NCBI GenBank assembly: GCA_051439425.1 | Contig: JBFRWD010000123.1 | Span: forward strand, 1-64,000 | Direction: 5' to 3' | From: Synechococcus sp. | Lineage (GTDB): Bacteria > Cyanobacteriota > Cyanobacteriia > Thermostichales > PCC-7336 | Length of the DNA: 64,000 nt | Shown: positions 61,420 to 64,000 of the stretch, in pieces | Position numbering within the stretch: position 1 is the stretch's first letter | Layout: every line of letters starts with the position of its first letter | Made by a program: the position numbers and the translations under genes | The notes under the pieces: generated by a model | What the model saw: only the letters and a program-made list of their open reading frames with translations | Database searches by the model: none | What the model was told of the DNA's origin: nothing

Positions 61420-62508
61420 TTATAAATACAGACTGGATTGGGGAAGTCCCTCCGTCTCAGGCCAGCCTTGCATGATATTCAGACACTGAATCGCTTGTCC
61501 TGCCTGCCCTTTTATAGAGTTGTCAATCGCAGCTACTACCACCAGTTGATTGGTACGAGTATCTAACGTCAACCCAATCGAGCACCGATTAGTTCCAGCT
61601 GTCCATTTTGTCTGTGGAAACGTACCGCTAGGCAAAATTTGTACCCAAGGAGATTGCTTGTAATAAGCCCGGTAAATGGTCAGTAAATCGTCATTCTCCA
61701 GTCCGGGATCTCGAAGGGTGACGTATACCGTCGTGAGTAACCCACGCACCATCGGCACTAAGTAAGAGGCAAACTGGACAATGGTTGGCTGCCCGGTTAG
61801 TTCGCTGTATACCTGCTCGATTTCAGGAATTTGGCGGTGTTGCAAAATGCTATCCACCCGCAGGGTATTCTCCACTGCGACCCACGGGCCATTCCGGTCA
61901 GCAACAAAATTTTCCGTGGCAGACATGCCCACCTTCGCATCAATAGCAATTCGATCTGGGTCGATAAATCCTTGGCGAAGCAGCGGAGCGATCGCCAACA
62001 CACTAGCCGTGGCGTGGCATCCTGGCACCGCAACGAGCGAGGCAGATTGCAATTGGTCTCGATACAGTTCAGGCAATCCATACACAGCTTGCTGATTGGT
62101 CTGCTGATGGATGGGAGATGGCCACTCTCCATCTTCAGATAGGTGAGCACCATACCAAGTGCGATAGTCTTCCAAATTCCGCAGACGGTAATCTGCCGAC
62201 AGGTCAATCACTTTGCAACCTCGATCGAGGAGATCGGGTATCCATCTGGCCGCTTCTCCATCTGGCAAGGCGAAAAACACCAAATCGCAAGAACGTGCCA
62301 GTGCGGCAATGTCTACTGACTCAACAAATAGGTCCAGAGTGTTCCAAAAGCGAGGATAGAGCTGCGAATAAAGAGAGCCCGAGTGAACGAGATCGGCAAT
62401 AGCTGACAGGTGAAGATTTGGGCATCGCAGCAATAGCTGCACGAGCTGCAGGCTGCCAAACCCGGAGACTCCAACCACTCCCACGCGGAGTTTTTTTTGC
62501 TTATCCAT
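61420..62508 (-). CDS. argC: Divergent N-acetyl-gamma-glutamyl-phosphate reductase (ArgC) homolog
   Basis: VIDLSADYR, AVYGLPE, LVPMVRG and IDNSIKGQAGQA are present, but several active-site motifs are altered. Confidence 0.75.
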   Translation of the reverse strand: MDKQKKLRVGVVGVSGFGSLQLVQLLLRCPNLHLSAIADLVHSGSLYSQLYPRFWNTLDLFVESVDIAALARSCDLVFFALPDGEAARWIPDLLDRGCKVIDLSADYRLRNLEDYRTWYGAHLSEDGEWPSPIHQQTNQQAVYGLPELYRDQLQSASLVAVPGCHATASVLAIAPLLRQGFIDPDRIAIDAKVGMSATENFVADRNGPWVAVENTLRVDSILQHRQIPEIEQVYSELTGQPTIVQFASYLVPMVRGLLTTVYVTLRDPGLENDDLLTIYRAYYKQSPWVQILPSGTFPQTKWTAGTNRCSIGLTLDTRTNQLVVVAAIDNSIKGQAGQAIQCLNIMQGWPETEGLPQSSLYL

Positions 62509-62763
62509 GTACGATTTGAACCACTCAAGCATGCTCTTCGCGTACTTGGGTCACCGTTCTCTTGCACTCAGTAACTGGCTATGAGGTCTAGGACGGTAAC
62601 AATGAAGCCGCAATCTGGACTCACCATAGTTCATGGTGTTCAGTTGCGGCTGACTGCATTACTGGTTTCTGCTCAACTTAAGGCTTTATTTGCTTAAGGC
62701 CACACGTTTGAAAACAAGCGTTGACTGGAGCACCGCCTAACAAGGCAAAAGAAGGAAAACAGA

Positions 62764-63642
62764 TCAGTGCTCGATCGCTCCCCCCACACCTATTTCAGTT
62801 GTTCCGTTTTCACTAGCAACTGGTCTGCTTCCGTTCAACATGGTTTCTGGATCGACAGCCACACCATTACGCCGAATTTCAAAGTGCAAGTGAGGCCCCG
62901 TACTTCGCCCAGTGCTGCCTCGGGTCATGATGGATTGCCCGCGAGAGACGCGGTCGCCGACATCCACCAAAATTTGTTGACCATGTGCGTACAGTGTCGT
63001 CATTCCATTGGGATGGGAGATATCCACCCGATAGCCGTATCCTCCTCGATCCCAACCGGCAAAGGAAACCACACCATCCATGGCAGCCTCTATAGGAGTT
63101 CCCACTGGCCCCGCAATATCCAGACCGCGATGCATCCGTCCCCATCGCCATCCATACCGAGAACTGATAGAGCCAGTAACCGGCCAATGCAAGTTAGAGT
63201 CAAAATCTTGTGGCAACATTCGCAGGGCTGCTGTGCGCCACCCGCGATCGGCTCCGGTTGAAAAATCGGGATGAACCATCACGCTAGGAACCCACGGAAG
63301 TGTAACTTCTTCGCCCTGAGGGATAGATGCGGGTAAGGTCTCTCCATTCACTGCCTGTACGGCAGCAACCGTGACACCATATCGACTGGCGATTTGTTCG
63401 AGCGTGTCTCCGGTTTCGGCAACGTAGATGGGGTTGCGATCGCTGTTGGGTGAGGCGATCACGCTTGAGCTGCCCACTAGCGATACCGTTATCGCCAGTG
63501 CGGCCATCACACCACCCAATATCCCGTTTCCAATCCCCAATGCTGGAAGACTAGATGGGGATGACTCTCTTGCGTGCAACTTGTTGGCAGCTTCAACGAC
63601 AGCAGACGTATCTGCTGCGTCAGGTGGAATGAAACTCAACAC
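62764..63642 (-). CDS. LysM + M23 family peptidase
   Basis: GDTLEQIASRYGV (LysM); HRGLD, YAH and TGPHLHFE (M23). Confidence 0.93.
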   Translation of the reverse strand: MLSFIPPDAADTSAVVEAANKLHARESSPSSLPALGIGNGILGGVMAALAITVSLVGSSSVIASPNSDRNPIYVAETGDTLEQIASRYGVTVAAVQAVNGETLPASIPQGEEVTLPWVPSVMVHPDFSTGADRGWRTAALRMLPQDFDSNLHWPVTGSISSRYGWRWGRMHRGLDIAGPVGTPIEAAMDGVVSFAGWDRGGYGYRVDISHPNGMTTLYAHGQQILVDVGDRVSRGQSIMTRGSTGRSTGPHLHFEIRRNGVAVDPETMLNGSRPVASENGTTEIGVGGAIEH

Positions 63643-64000
63643 ACCGAACTCCTGAGGTATTAGGCTGCGATGGCTACGGCAAAACGCGATCGCAGCGGAC
63701 TGTTGTTTATAGTCCTATCCTCAAAATGGTTGTTTGGCACGCTATATGTAGAGTCCAAGACGATTTTCTTTAGGACCGAGCCGTATATGTGGACATCGCC
63801 TAGGCTCCTAGTGTGATTTGTATCTGACCACAACAAAAAACCTCCAGCTTCCGAATCGGAAAACTGGAGGTTGCAGCTAGATGAGAAGAGGTTAGCGATC
63901 GAAGTTTCGTACAAACAGTTCTTGTCTCAACACGACAAATCGAGGAGATAAAGGCGGCAAGCCGCTAGCGCTGTTGAAGTTTAGTTCGTAGTTCCAGTCA

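Larger units (their letters stand above)
1..64000. repeat. Dispersed HIP1 palindromes (GCGATCGC)
   Basis: Many copies, e.g. at 220, 6682, 34415 and a dense cluster at about 34960-35000; a hallmark of many cyanobacterial genomes. Confidence 0.9.

Noticed and set aside
63660..63914. 84-aa ORF upstream of the M23 peptidase
   Set aside because: No motifs or ribosome-binding site; probably promoter DNA.
1..64000. CRISPR array, transposase, integrase or prophage
   Set aside because: I saw no regularly spaced repeats with unique spacers and no ORF with recognisable Cas, transposase, integrase or phage motifs.

Overview
A 64-kb chromosomal segment of a cyanobacterium. The HIP1 octamer GCGATCGC is dense throughout, and the genes are cyanobacterial types. 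Most of the window is housekeeping: mnmG, grpE-dnaK-dnaJ-tusA-rsgA, trmL, desA, mutM, an aap/nat-type amino-acid ABC transporter, yqgF, a cyclophilin, tpiA, aroC, secDF, sfsA, nadE, pstS and a cytosine deaminase-like gene, plus tRNA-Leu(TAG) and a probable compact 6S RNA. I found no CRISPR array, transposase, integrase or prophage. The most interesting signal is a possible dispersed sulfur-carrier-protein module. One part is a threonine-synthase-like PLP enzyme next to a MoaD/CysO-type carrier ending in -GGV (candidate MetM/MetO-type homocysteine route). The other part is an atypical sulfite/nitrite reductase with two Cys cofactor motif sets, a HEPN-like tail, an uncharacterised partner gene and a long structured leader. 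The two promoters share an Rrf2-like operator. Other points: a TIR-transmembrane gene inside a desaturase/lipoxygenase neighbourhood, two apparent pseudoenzymes (an ArgC paralog and an alpha/beta hydrolase), two disrupted genes (ridA amber stop, petC frameshift), a small ORF with a Yfr1-complementary ribosome-binding site, and a small MITE-like repeat. All calls come from motif recognition by eye; no database searches were run.
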